Positions 26,191 to 34,503 of a stretch of 34,503 bases of DNA are shown piece by piece. Each line of letters opens with the position of its first letter. Positions within the stretch are counted from its first letter, which is position 1. Under the pieces are notes generated by a model, which saw only the letters and a list, made by a program, of their open reading frames with translations, searched no databases and was not told where the DNA came from. This DNA comes from Deltaproteobacteria bacterium (lineage in GTDB: Bacteria; Myxococcota_A; UBA9160; SMWR01), in NCBI GenBank assembly GCA_019313605.1, contig JAFDAW010000004.1, forward strand, positions 1 to 34,503. The letters run 5' to 3'. Both the position numbers and the translations under genes were made by a program.

Positions 26191-27636
26191 TCAGTAGGGC
26201 GCTCGGGTCTTGTTGGCGGCGTTGTACTTTCCGACGGGCATCGCGTAGGGAATTCTCTGGACCTCCGCGAGCGTCGTGGAATCGTACACCACGACGGCTC
26301 CGTCCTCGTGCCAGATGCTCACGAGGGCCTTGGCGCCGTCGGCGGTAAATTCGACGTGCATCGACTTCTTGCCCGCCTCCGGGATCAGCGTGCGATCGAC
26401 GAGCTCGAGCGTGCGCTTGTCGACCAACTGGATCGCCTCGGTGTTGGAATCGATCCAGAGGTAGGGAGTCCCCGGATGGGTGCGCGTAAAATAGCCGGAG
26501 CCGACTAGCGGAAGCTGCGCGACCACTTTGAACTCATCCATGTCGATGATCGAGAGCCGCGGCACACCCATGTGATTAAACGCCGCGTGAAGTACGCCAT
26601 TGCGGCGGAAGAAGCTCGCGGAAAACAGGTGGGGCAGGCCCTCGGCGCCCAGCGTGGCGAGAATCTCGTCTCGCTCGAAGTCGTAGAGGATCAGCCGGCT
26701 GCCCTTGCGCGAACTCGCGACGAGTCGGGTCGTTCCCGGGATGAAGATGAAATCCTCGAACGGCTCGGAAAGCTCGACGAGCTGGAGTTTCAATTCGGGG
26801 TAGCTGATGAAATAGAGCTGCGGCATATCGCGGAGCGTGACCATGAAGCGTTGGCTGCGGGGAACCTGGTAGACGGCGCTCGGCTGACCGGGAAGCGGGA
26901 AGATCGCGAGCGGTCGCAGGCGGCTGTCGAGAACGACGAGGCCCTGAGGCAGTTGGTTTGCTGCGGCGACGTATTTTCCATCAACCGAAACGGCAATATT
27001 TCGGGTGTTGACGCCGACCTTTACGCGTGTGCGAAGCGCGCCGCGGTCGAGATCGTAGTCGACGAGTGTCCCGTCGCGGGTGGCAACCAGCGCCTGATGC
27101 AGCGCTCGATCGAATTTGATGCCGCCGTGGATGCGACCGACCTCGAAGCGGTCGAGTTCTCGCAGACTGCTGCCATCGAGGACCGAGACGCTTCCCGAAC
27201 CGCGCTCGACGACGAGGATCAACTCCTCGCGTTTCACCGCGGCGGAAATCGCGCTGCCTTTGGGCTCCTCTTCGACGCGGCTCGCCTCGATATCCGCGAG
27301 CGACCAGCGGACTTCCTCTTCGGGTTGGCGGAACAACGCGACCAGCTCGCGCGCCTCGGCATTACTGATCTGATCGGAAAACGCGGGCATCTGGGTGGCG
27401 GGCAGGCCTTCGAGGATCGCAGTGACGAGCGCATCGTCCGGCTTGCGCGCGAGGGTCGTCTGGATGAGGGGAGGTCCGTAGCCGCCGTAGCGCCTCGCGC
27501 CGTGGCAGCGTGCGCATTTCAGCGCGTAGGTCACGGCGGCTTCGAATTCGGCCGCAGCCGGCTCCTCGGCGGCCTGCACCCACGCCGGCACCAGCGCAAA
27601 TGCGAGAATTCCGGCGATCCATCGGTTCAGCTGCAC
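26191..27636 (-). CDS. nirN: NirN-like cytochrome c + d1-propeller protein (dihydro-heme d1 dehydrogenase family)
   Basis: 481 aa from the GTG at 27636, preceded by AAGGAG with 6-nt spacing. Signal peptide VQLNRWIAGILAFALVPAWVQA, heme c site KCARCHG, then a cd1-type propeller. The 93 extra residues in the track ORF would overlap nirJ's start region and its upstream intergenic DNA, and look non-coding. Confidence 0.8.
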   Translation of the reverse strand: MQLNRWIAGILAFALVPAWVQAAEEPAAAEFEAAVTYALKCARCHGARRYGGYGPPLIQTTLARKPDDALVTAILEGLPATQMPAFSDQISNAEARELVALFRQPEEEVRWSLADIEASRVEEEPKGSAISAAVKREELILVVERGSGSVSVLDGSSLRELDRFEVGRIHGGIKFDRALHQALVATRDGTLVDYDLDRGALRTRVKVGVNTRNIAVSVDGKYVAAANQLPQGLVVLDSRLRPLAIFPLPGQPSAVYQVPRSQRFMVTLRDMPQLYFISYPELKLQLVELSEPFEDFIFIPGTTRLVASSRKGSRLILYDFERDEILATLGAEGLPHLFSASFFRRNGVLHAAFNHMGVPRLSIIDMDEFKVVAQLPLVGSGYFTRTHPGTPYLWIDSNTEAIQLVDKRTLELVDRTLIPEAGKKSMHVEFTADGAKALVSIWHEDGAVVVYDSTTLAEVQRIPYAMPVGKYNAANKTRAPY

Positions 27637-27772
27637 GCTCGGCTCCTTGGTTTCTGCCACCGCACTCTCTGGTATCAGACCCGCGGGGTCAATAGGCGGG
27701 GTGGTGAGGATTGGCCCCAAGACTGTGTAAGCTCCGACGCGAAATGGTCCAGCTGAATTCAGGGAATCCCAG

Positions 27773-28966
27773 ATGCTTCCGGTAACCGATCTCATCGAAG
27801 TCGCACTCGGCCGCTCCGAGATCGGCGACCTGAGCGCTCGCGCGCCGCGGCGCTTCGAAGCGGTCACCCGAGACACCCCGGTCGTGATCTGGAACATCTG
27901 TATGCACTGCAACATGCATTGCCCACACTGCTACGCGGCGGCGGTCCCCGAGCCGTCCCCAACCGACCTGACCCACGAGGAAGGCATCGATCTGCTCGAT
28001 CAGCTCGCAGATGCGGGCGTCCGGGTGGTGATCTTCAGCGGCGGCGAACCCCTGTTGCGCGCCGACGTTTTCGAACTGATCGCGCACGCGAAGCAGCGCG
28101 GCATCAGCCCGCAGCTCTCGACCAACGGCGTCTTGATCGACGAAGATGTCGCCAAACAACTGGCCGACACCGGAATCGCCTACGTGGGTATCAGCATCGA
28201 TGGCGTCGAGAGTTTCAACGACGCCTACCGCGGCCTGAGCGGCGGCTTCGATGCAGCACTCCACGGGCTGCGCAACGCCAAGGCCGCGGGAATGAAGACG
28301 GGGCTTCGCATGACGCTCTCGAAGCGCAACTTCGATCAGCTCGAATCGATGATCGATGTGGCGCGGGATGCACACGTCAACCGCTTTTACGTTTCGCATC
28401 TCGTCTACTCGGGGCGCGGATACAAGGTGGCGCACGAAGACCTGAACCGAGAACAGCAACGCGCCACCTTGGACTGGCTCTTCGAGAAAGCCGAGGCGCT
28501 GCTCGATCTCGATCCCGAGTTCAAGATCGTCACGGGATCGAACGACTCGGACGGCGTCTACCTGCTGCACTGGATCCGCGAGCGCCACGGCGAGGCGGCG
28601 GGCGCGAAGGTTCGCGAACTGCTGCTGCAGCGGGGCGGAAACTCCGCGGGTGAGCGCATCCTCAACGTCGATTCGCGCGGGCGCGTGCACCCAGATCAAT
28701 TTTGGCGCGCCGCGGTGCTGGGCGACATCCGGATCGAAAGCTTCGCAACCATCCTCGCACACCCCTTGCGCGATCAATTGGGCCGGCGACTCGAATATCT
28801 CACGGGCCGTTGTGGAACCTGTTCGGAACGAGAACTCTGTCGCGGCTCTCACCGCGAACGCGCGCTCGCATTTCATCGCGACCCCTGGGCGTCGGATCCC
28901 GCGTGCGTGATGGAAGATGCCGAGATTGCCGCGCCGAAACCGACTGGCCTGGAGGTCGCCGTATGA
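27773..28966 (+). CDS. nirJ: Radical SAM heme d1 biosynthesis protein NirJ
   Basis: 397 aa. Radical SAM motif CNMHCPHCY (CxxxCxxC) and a C-terminal SPASM-like Cys region (GRCGTCSERELCRGS). Its stop overlaps the nirF start (ATGA). Confidence 0.9.
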   Translation: MLPVTDLIEVALGRSEIGDLSARAPRRFEAVTRDTPVVIWNICMHCNMHCPHCYAAAVPEPSPTDLTHEEGIDLLDQLADAGVRVVIFSGGEPLLRADVFELIAHAKQRGISPQLSTNGVLIDEDVAKQLADTGIAYVGISIDGVESFNDAYRGLSGGFDAALHGLRNAKAAGMKTGLRMTLSKRNFDQLESMIDVARDAHVNRFYVSHLVYSGRGYKVAHEDLNREQQRATLDWLFEKAEALLDLDPEFKIVTGSNDSDGVYLLHWIRERHGEAAGAKVRELLLQRGGNSAGERILNVDSRGRVHPDQFWRAAVLGDIRIESFATILAHPLRDQLGRRLEYLTGRCGTCSERELCRGSHRERALAFHRDPWASDPACVMEDAEIAAPKPTGLEVAV

Positions 28967-30151
28967 TGAAGTCGTTGCGCAGAGCTGCGCTGGTGCTGCT
29001 CGTCGTCGTCGTCACCGCACTCGCTGCGTCTGCCGAGCCCGGCGGCATCGGTTCTCGCGTGTTCGTCGTGGAACGCGCGTCCGAGAGCCTCGCGGTCTAC
29101 GACTATGTCGCGCGCAAGCTGCTGCCGAACCGGATCACAGGACTCGGAAACCTGCGCCACGCGACGATGATCTTCTCGCCGGATCTGCGTTACGGCTATC
29201 TCGCCACCCGCAATGGTCAGGTCAGCCGGATCGCTCGAGCGCACCGGCGTCGTCTTCACATCCGAAAACTCGATCGACAACGCGATCAGCCAGGACGGCC
29301 GCGTCATCGCAACCGCAGAATACGTTCCCGGGGGCCTCACGCTGCTCGACGCCGAGAGCATGGAGATTTTGAAGAAGCACCCCGCGAGTTTCGAAATCGA
29401 CGGCGAGCGGGTCGCGTCGCGCGTGACGGGCGTGGTGGATGCACCGGGCAATCGATTCGTCTGCGTGTTGATCGAGGCTGGGGAAATCTGGCTGGTCGAC
29501 GCCTCCAAGCCCGACTTCCCGATCGAACACCGGATCAAGACGCGCCAGAGCAACCCCTACGACGCGATGATCACGCCGGATGGGCGCTACTACGTGGTTG
29601 GACACATGAAGAGCGACCGCGTTTCGGTCCTCGACCTCACCCAACCAGAGGCGGGAATTCGCGAAGTATCGCTGCGCGATCCGAATCGTGATTACGACAA
29701 GGCGATGCCCGTCAAGTTGCCGCACCTGGCCTCGTGGGCGGTGGCTGGAAAATGGATCTTCGTCCCGCTCGTTGGCGAAGACCGGCTTGCGGTGCTCGAT
29801 CGCACGAGCTGGGAATTCACGCGATCGATCCCGCTGCGCGGCCACCCCGTCTACGCGGTGCGCTCACCGACCGAACGCGAAGTCTGGGTGAGTTTTTCGG
29901 GAGAAGAAGATGACGCCTACGTGCAGGTGATCGACGTCGAGAGTCTCGCGGTCGTCGACACCCTACGCCTCGGCCGACGCATCTACCACATGGACTTCAC
30001 CCCGCGCGGGTCACACGTGCTCGTGAGCGCCAATGCGGACAACAAGCTCTTTCTCGTCAACGCTTCGACTCGTGAGATCGAAGATACGGTGGAGGTTGCT
30101 TCACCCTCCGGAATCTTCGGCGTCTGGCGGGCGTTTCGCATCGGCCTTTGA
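28963..30151 (+). pseudogene. nirF: NirF-like d1-propeller protein (no heme c) with a frame disruption at ~29233
   Basis: Signal peptide plus N-terminal NirF-like sequence (RVFVVERASESLAVYDY...LRHATMIFSPDLRYGYLATRNGQVSRI) are in frame 1. The rest (LERTGVVFTSENSIDNAISQDGRVIATAEYVPGG... to the stop at 30151) is in frame 2. Total length is 1189 nt (3n+1), so there appears to be one extra nucleotide around ATC-G-CTC at 29230-29236. Confidence 0.8.
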
Positions 30152-30189
30152 ACAGCGCTTTCGCGCGAATTGGATGAGGTGATCGCAGG

Positions 30190-31194
30190 ATGTCGCTGTC
30201 AACAGAAGATCGCAATGCGCTGATCCGCGTGATCCAATCCGGAGTTCCATTCCAAGCGCGCCCGTTCCAATCGATTGCCGAAGACCTCGGCTCGACCGAG
30301 ACTGCGGTCATCGAAGCGTTGTGCGAGCTGCAACGCGAGAAGATCCTGCGCGAAATCTCTGCCGTGCTCGAAGGCAGCCTGCTCGGCCATCAAAGTGCGC
30401 TTGCAACCGGCACGATCCCCGAGAAGCGAATCGAGGCTGTCGCAGAAATCATCAGCGCGCATCCGACCGTGAGCCACAACTATCTGCGCGATCACGAATA
30501 CAACCTCTGGTTTACGATCGCCGTGCCACCGGAAATGCCTCTCGATCGAACGCTGGAACTACTCGCCAAGGAAGCGGGTGTGGATGGATTCCACGCACTT
30601 TCCAGGACGCACGTCTTCAAGATCGGCGTGAACTTCGACCCCGATAGCCTGAAGAATCGAACCGAGGTGACGAAAACTTCGACCGCACAGAAGGTCGAGG
30701 TCGGGCCCCGGGACGCACTGTTCTTCCGCGCGCTGCAGATTCCGCTTCCGCTGGTCGAACGCCCCTTCGAAGAACTCGCGCGCGGCGTCGATGCGAGCGA
30801 AGACGAACTGATCGAATTCGCAACGCGCCACCTCGGCGGCGCAATTCGCCGCTACGTGGGAACGCTGCGTCACCGCAAACTCGGCGTGAAGGAAAATGGG
30901 ATGGTGGTCTGGCGGGTGCCGGACGACGAAGTCCAAGCCGCGGGCGAGCAACTCGCGCAGGCGCCGGAAGTCAGTCACTGCTACGCGCGAAATCCCGTGC
31001 GCAATTTTCCCTACACGCTCTACAGCATGGTCCACGGGCCGAGCCGCGAGAGTTGCCACAAAATCGCGCGCAGGCTTTCGCGGCAGACGGGGCTCGGGGA
31101 CTACGCGGTGCTGTTCAGCGAGCGCGAGTTCAAGAAACAGCGACTCCGGTACTTCTTGCCGGAGCTAGACCGCTGGTGGAGCGAGCGCGCCTGA
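30190..31194 (+). CDS. nirDL: Fused Lrp/AsnC-like siroheme decarboxylase subunit pair (NirD-NirL / AhbA-AhbB type)
   Basis: 334 aa with two tandem repeats of the NirD/L/G/H fold (PFQARPFQSIAEDLG...VSHNYLRDHEYNLWFT and PLVERPFEELARGVD...VSHCYARNPVRNFPYTLYSMV). Confidence 0.85.
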   Translation: MSLSTEDRNALIRVIQSGVPFQARPFQSIAEDLGSTETAVIEALCELQREKILREISAVLEGSLLGHQSALATGTIPEKRIEAVAEIISAHPTVSHNYLRDHEYNLWFTIAVPPEMPLDRTLELLAKEAGVDGFHALSRTHVFKIGVNFDPDSLKNRTEVTKTSTAQKVEVGPRDALFFRALQIPLPLVERPFEELARGVDASEDELIEFATRHLGGAIRRYVGTLRHRKLGVKENGMVVWRVPDDEVQAAGEQLAQAPEVSHCYARNPVRNFPYTLYSMVHGPSRESCHKIARRLSRQTGLGDYAVLFSEREFKKQRLRYFLPELDRWWSERA

Positions 31195-31357
31195 GGCGCA
31201 CCCGGGAGAATTTCGCTGCCCGGCCTGAGAAGCCGTGAACGGTTTCGTGCGGCGCCGCAAGCGAATCCGAAGGATTCGCCAGCCAGCCGTATCAGGGACT
31301 CTTTCGAACGAACTCAGATAAAAAGCTCAACAATTTCAATATCTTAAAAATAGTCAA

Positions 31358-31385
31358 GATAAATGGATCCAAATATCGCTTAATG
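31358..31385. promoter_or_regulatory. Degenerate copy of the operator motif upstream of rrf2-2
   Basis: GATAAATGGATC-CAAA-TATCGCTTAATG. The left half matches the nirS site at 10 of 12 positions; the right half is degenerate. A second left-half-like box, GATAAAAAGCTC, lies at 31317-31328 (11 of 12). Confidence 0.35.
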
Positions 31386-31485
31386 ATAGACTAGGGGCTC
31401 TCGCCTCGGGATCGAGCGCTACCGCCGAGCCCCGGACCGCGAGATGGACGGCACCGCAGCCTCCAACGACGCCGCGAGGAGAACG

Positions 31486-31929
31486 ATGCTCCTGTCTCAA
31501 ACGGCCGAGTACGCTCTGCGCGCAATGGCCTGGTTGGCCACCGTGCCGGAGGGCCAGCCCGTGCGCGCGGTGGATCTTTCGGGCTCGACCGGGATTCCGA
31601 CCCACTACCTCTCGAAAGTCTTGCGCCGCCTGGTTCTCGCCGATCTGCTGGAATCCCAGAAGGGGCAGGGAGGCGGCTTCTCGCTCTCGCGCCCGCCTAG
31701 CGAAATCGCGTTCATCGACATCCTCTCGGCGATCGACGCCTACCCGACCGAGGGCCGCTGCGCGTTCGGTTGGGGGCAGTGCGACGCCTCGGATCCGTGT
31801 CCGCTCCACAACTCGTGGAGCCATCTCAACGATCGGATTCACGACTGGGCGTCCGGCACCAGCCTGGAAGAAATTGCGAACTTCAAACCCGCAGGCCCGC
31901 GTTCCACCGAGAATTTGAACAAGACCTGA
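31486..31929 (+). CDS. Rrf2-family transcriptional regulator (Fe-S type), copy 2
   Basis: 147 aa from the ATG at 31486 (GAGGAGaacgATG). By eye roughly 60% identical to copy 1, with the same Cys cluster CAFGWGQCDASDPCPLH. Confidence 0.9.
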   Translation: MLLSQTAEYALRAMAWLATVPEGQPVRAVDLSGSTGIPTHYLSKVLRRLVLADLLESQKGQGGGFSLSRPPSEIAFIDILSAIDAYPTEGRCAFGWGQCDASDPCPLHNSWSHLNDRIHDWASGTSLEEIANFKPAGPRSTENLNKT

Positions 31930-31933
31930 GGGA

Positions 31934-32503
31934 GTGCGCGTGAAAACGAGTCCGATCTTCACTTCGCGACTCGTTCTATTCTTGGCAACTCTCAGCGCAC
32001 TGGGTGCGGGAATCGGTGGTAGTCCCGAGCGAGCGAGCGCAACGCCAGATCCCGTCGCGCAAAGAGATTCCTCGAAAGATCATGAAGCGCAGATCGAAAG
32101 CCTGATCCAAGGCTGGTTCGCGGTTCTCGAAGATCCAAATGTCGAAGCGAAGACCTTGAGTGGCCTGCTCGCAGAGGCGCCGTTCGAGCTGCTGCTGGAT
32201 GGTGCGGTGATTCACGACCGAGGCGCACTGCTCGCGTGGGCGTCGAGCCTTCGCTCGACCTATCCGCAAATCGAATACCGACTCGATCCCATCCACATCC
32301 ACGCCGAAGGTGGAGACCGCTACCGCGTACGCTTCGAATTCGACCGGCATGCACTCGATGATGCTGGGCTCCCTCATGTGGTTCGCCGCGAACACACCTG
32401 GATCGTTCAGAGCAGCACGAGTGAAACACCCGTGATCCTGAGAATTGAAGAGCGACCGCTGATCTTCTTTCCGGGAACCGGATCTCAAATCGTCTGTTAT
32501 TGA
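31934..32503 (+). CDS. Secreted protein of unknown function (possibly NTF2/SnoaL-like fold)
   Basis: 189 aa from the GTG at 31934 (the GTG at 31940 is also possible). Signal peptide SRLVLFLATLSALGAGIG. It lies between rrf2-2 and the SCO gene with a 4-nt gap upstream. The fold assignment is a weak impression only. Confidence 0.4.
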   Translation: MRVKTSPIFTSRLVLFLATLSALGAGIGGSPERASATPDPVAQRDSSKDHEAQIESLIQGWFAVLEDPNVEAKTLSGLLAEAPFELLLDGAVIHDRGALLAWASSLRSTYPQIEYRLDPIHIHAEGGDRYRVRFEFDRHALDDAGLPHVVRREHTWIVQSSTSETPVILRIEERPLIFFPGTGSQIVCY

Positions 32504-32516
32504 TTGGAGGCTCGTC

Positions 32517-33176
32517 GTGCAAACAAGAGATCGAGTACCGCAGGGAATGATTGCAACGCTGCTCATCGCCATGTGCAGTCTACTCGTCGCCTCGAGCGGG
32601 CAACTCATCAATTCTGAGGGGCAGGCCGGTAGCGAGAAACCGCTTCCGATCCACGATGATGTGGGTGGAGAGTTCTCTGCGCCGAGCAGTCTCGGGCGCG
32701 ATGTGAGTCTGTCCGAATTTCGCGACAAGGTTGTACTGCTGTTTTTCGGTTACACGAGTTGCCAGGACGTCTGTCCGGCGACACTCGCGCACCTTCAAGC
32801 GCTCGTGCGCGACCTCGGAAAAGCATCTGACGGCGTACAGGTCCTGCTCGTGACCGTGGATCCGGAGAACGACACCGCCGATCACCTCGAGCAATACCTC
32901 GCCCGCTTCGACACGCGATTCGTGGGATTGACCGGAACGCGCAAAGAAGTCGATCGCATCGCAAACCTGTTCATGGTGAAACACGATCGAAGCCACGGCA
33001 TCGAGGTGAGCAATGAGTACAACCGCGCCAAGACCTTCACCGACCACTCCTATCTCTATTCCCACTCGCAGCAGATCTACCTGCTCGACAAAGCTGGCCG
33101 GACGCGGGCGCTGTTCTTCACGGGATCGCCATTGGAAGAAATGCAAGACGCGGTAATCGCATTGCTGAACGAATAG
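32517..33176 (+). CDS. SCO1/SenC-family copper chaperone
   Basis: 219 aa. GGAGG RBS before the GTG, N-terminal anchor/signal, FFGYTSCQDVCP (CxxxC) and a downstream His region (DHSYLYSHSQQIYLLD). Confidence 0.85.
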   Translation: MQTRDRVPQGMIATLLIAMCSLLVASSGQLINSEGQAGSEKPLPIHDDVGGEFSAPSSLGRDVSLSEFRDKVVLLFFGYTSCQDVCPATLAHLQALVRDLGKASDGVQVLLVTVDPENDTADHLEQYLARFDTRFVGLTGTRKEVDRIANLFMVKHDRSHGIEVSNEYNRAKTFTDHSYLYSHSQQIYLLDKAGRTRALFFTGSPLEEMQDAVIALLNE

Positions 33177-33284
33177 AAGGGTGTCGCCCAACGACCTCCG
33201 GGTCTTGGTACTCGTGATGGGGGCTGTGTGCGAATGCGCAGACCCATCGTTGACGGAACGTAAGAGACCTAAACGGAAGGGACG

Positions 33285-34418
33285 ATGAAAACAATACTCT
33301 ACGCAATTCTCGCATCCACGATCGCGATGAGCACGGTTCCCGCACAAGCCGACAAACCGTCGAAAGCTGGCGGCCTGAAGCGTGTCAAACAGGAGATGGT
33401 CAAGCCGCCGATGCTGCCGAAGCACACCCAGAAGGCGAAGGGTGGCCCGAAGATCGTCGAAGTCGAACTCGTGGTTCGCGAACGCGAGATGACCATCGAC
33501 CCCCTCGGGACGACCATCCAGGCGTTGACATTCATGGGCAGCGTTCCGGCCCCGATCATCGTGGTTCACGAAGGCGACTACGTGGAGCTCACGGTCGTCA
33601 ACCCGAAGGGGGAGATTGAGGACGTGAGTAGTGTCGAAGGTTGGGAAGGAACTTCGACGAACATCATGAGCCACAACATCGACTTGCACGCGGTGACGGG
33701 CGCATTAGGGGGCGCGGGTATGACGCTGGTCGCACCCGGTCAAAAAGCGACGATTCGCTTCAAAGCGACGAAGTCCGGCGTGTTCGTCTACCACTGCGCG
33801 CCGGGAGGACCGATGATTCCCTACCACGTCGTTCAAGGCATGAACGGAGCGATCATGGTGTTGCCGAGAGATGGCTTGAAGGACGGCAAGGGAAATTCCC
33901 TGCATTATGATCGCGCCTACTACGTCGGTGAGCAGGACTACTACATCCCGAAGGGCCCGGATGGCAATTACAAGAAGTTCGATTCGCCGGCTGCCGCAAT
34001 GCCCGAAACGCTGGAAGTGATGAAGACCAACGAGCCGAGTCACGTCGTCTTCAACGGCGCGGTCGGGGCACTCACGGGTGAGAACTCGCTGACCGCAAAG
34101 GTTGGAGAGAGCGTTCTGTTCATCCATTCGCAAGCCAATCGCGACACCCGGCCGCATCTGATCGGCGGTCACGGCGATTACGTCTGGCAGTCGGGCTCGT
34201 TCGACGACGCACCGCAGACCAATCTGGAGACCTGGTTCATCGCTGGAGGCTCCGCGGGCGCGGCGCTCTACACCTTCCGGCAGCCGGGCCTTTACGTCTA
34301 CTTGAACCACAATCTGATCGATGCGGTCCTCAAGGGTGCGGCCGCACACGTGAAGGTCGAGGGTGAGTGGGACAACGATCTACTCGAGCAAATCTACAAG
34401 GCGGGCTCGATCGAATAA
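33285..34418 (+). CDS. nirK: Copper-containing nitrite reductase (class I NirK)
   Basis: 377 aa with a signal peptide. T1/T2 copper ligand motifs are present: [49 protein letters not shown]. Confidence 0.95.
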   Translation: MKTILYAILASTIAMSTVPAQADKPSKAGGLKRVKQEMVKPPMLPKHTQKAKGGPKIVEVELVVREREMTIDPLGTTIQALTFMGSVPAPIIVVHEGDYVELTVVNPKGEIEDVSSVEGWEGTSTNIMSHNIDLHAVTGALGGAGMTLVAPGQKATIRFKATKSGVFVYHCAPGGPMIPYHVVQGMNGAIMVLPRDGLKDGKGNSLHYDRAYYVGEQDYYIPKGPDGNYKKFDSPAAAMPETLEVMKTNEPSHVVFNGAVGALTGENSLTAKVGESVLFIHSQANRDTRPHLIGGHGDYVWQSGSFDDAPQTNLETWFIAGGSAGAALYTFRQPGLYVYLNHNLIDAVLKGAAAHVKVEGEWDNDLLEQIYKAGSIE

Positions 34419-34450
34419 CGCTCTCGCGAAATCGGAATACGGGGTGAGGA

Positions 34451-34484
34451 CAGGTGGGGAGAACGCTCTCCTCGCCTGTTTTTT
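34451..34484 (+). terminator. Intrinsic terminator after nirK
   Basis: Stem CAGGTGGGGAGA / TCTCCTCGCCTG (12 bp including two G-U pairs), loop ACGC, followed by TTTTTT (34479-34484). Confidence 0.75.
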
Positions 34485-34503
34485 CTTGGATTGTGAGCTG
34501 GAC

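Noticed and set aside
27637-27915. 93-aa N-terminal extension of nirN in the 574-aa track ORF
   Set aside because: It would overlap the nirJ start region on the opposite strand and precede the signal peptide. GTG 27636 with AAGGAG 6 nt upstream gives a normal signal peptide.
27689-28876. 395-aa antisense ORF over nirJ, and the similar 26572-27756 plus-strand ORF over nirN
   Set aside because: They are off-frame or antisense high-GC ORFs without motifs. The sense genes have radical SAM and cytochrome c/propeller signatures.
31261-31279. Hairpin GCGAATCC-GAA-GGATTCGC downstream of nirDL as a terminator
   Set aside because: It is a perfect 8-bp stem but has no following T-run and lies 67 nt past the stop, so the evidence is insufficient to call a terminator.
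32580-33689. 369-aa antisense ORF spanning the SCO and nirK 5' region
   Set aside because: It crosses an intergenic gap and two well-supported genes on the other strand, with no recognisable domains.
1-34503. CRISPR arrays, tRNA/rRNA genes, transposases, integrases, or long direct or terminal inverted repeats
   Set aside because: None were recognised in the ORF translations or by visual scanning. The denitrification region shows no obvious mobile-element boundaries within the window.

Overview
High-GC bacterial chromosome segment; the taxon cannot be assigned from sequence alone. Bases 1-10.5 kb are housekeeping: 3' part of mfd, an ADP-forming acyl-CoA synthetase plus a hotdog protein, an M48 protease with two YbjQ-domain genes, a SurA-like PPIase and uvrA. 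Bases 10.6-34.5 kb form one dense NO/nitrite respiration region bracketed by two paralogous Rrf2 regulators. (i) DUF420 and rrf2-1 lie next to a heme-copper oxidase (HCO) cluster. The cluster holds a divergent HCO subunit-I paralog lacking the CuB His-His pair, a small subunit-IIa-like TM peptide, a CuA subunit II, and a B-family-like subunit I whose cross-link Tyr position is Gln (NO-reductase-like). It also holds a membrane-anchored SCO, an unusual cytochrome b / 2x[4Fe-4S] / MvhD-like fusion, and heme O synthase. (ii) nirS (cd1 nitrite reductase) carries a perfect AT-rich 15-2-15 palindrome upstream. (iii) A two-tetraheme-cytochrome + NrfC-like + NrfD-like module follows. (iv) Heme d1 genes are nirN with a nirC-like cytochrome (minus strand) and nirJ-nirF-nirDL (plus strand). 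(v) rrf2-2, a secreted unknown, SCO and nirK (copper nitrite reductase) form a final operon. The NrfC-like gene and nirF each carry an apparent single-nucleotide frame disruption. A related 28-nt operator-like inverted repeat occurs in the rrf2-1/HCO divergent region and upstream of nirS, with degenerate copies upstream of rrf2-2. Best novelty candidates are the CuB-degenerate HCO paralog, the cytochrome b-FeS-MvhD fusion, and the catalytic-subunit-less cytochrome/NrfCD module beside nirS. No tRNA, rRNA, CRISPR array or mobile element was recognised.
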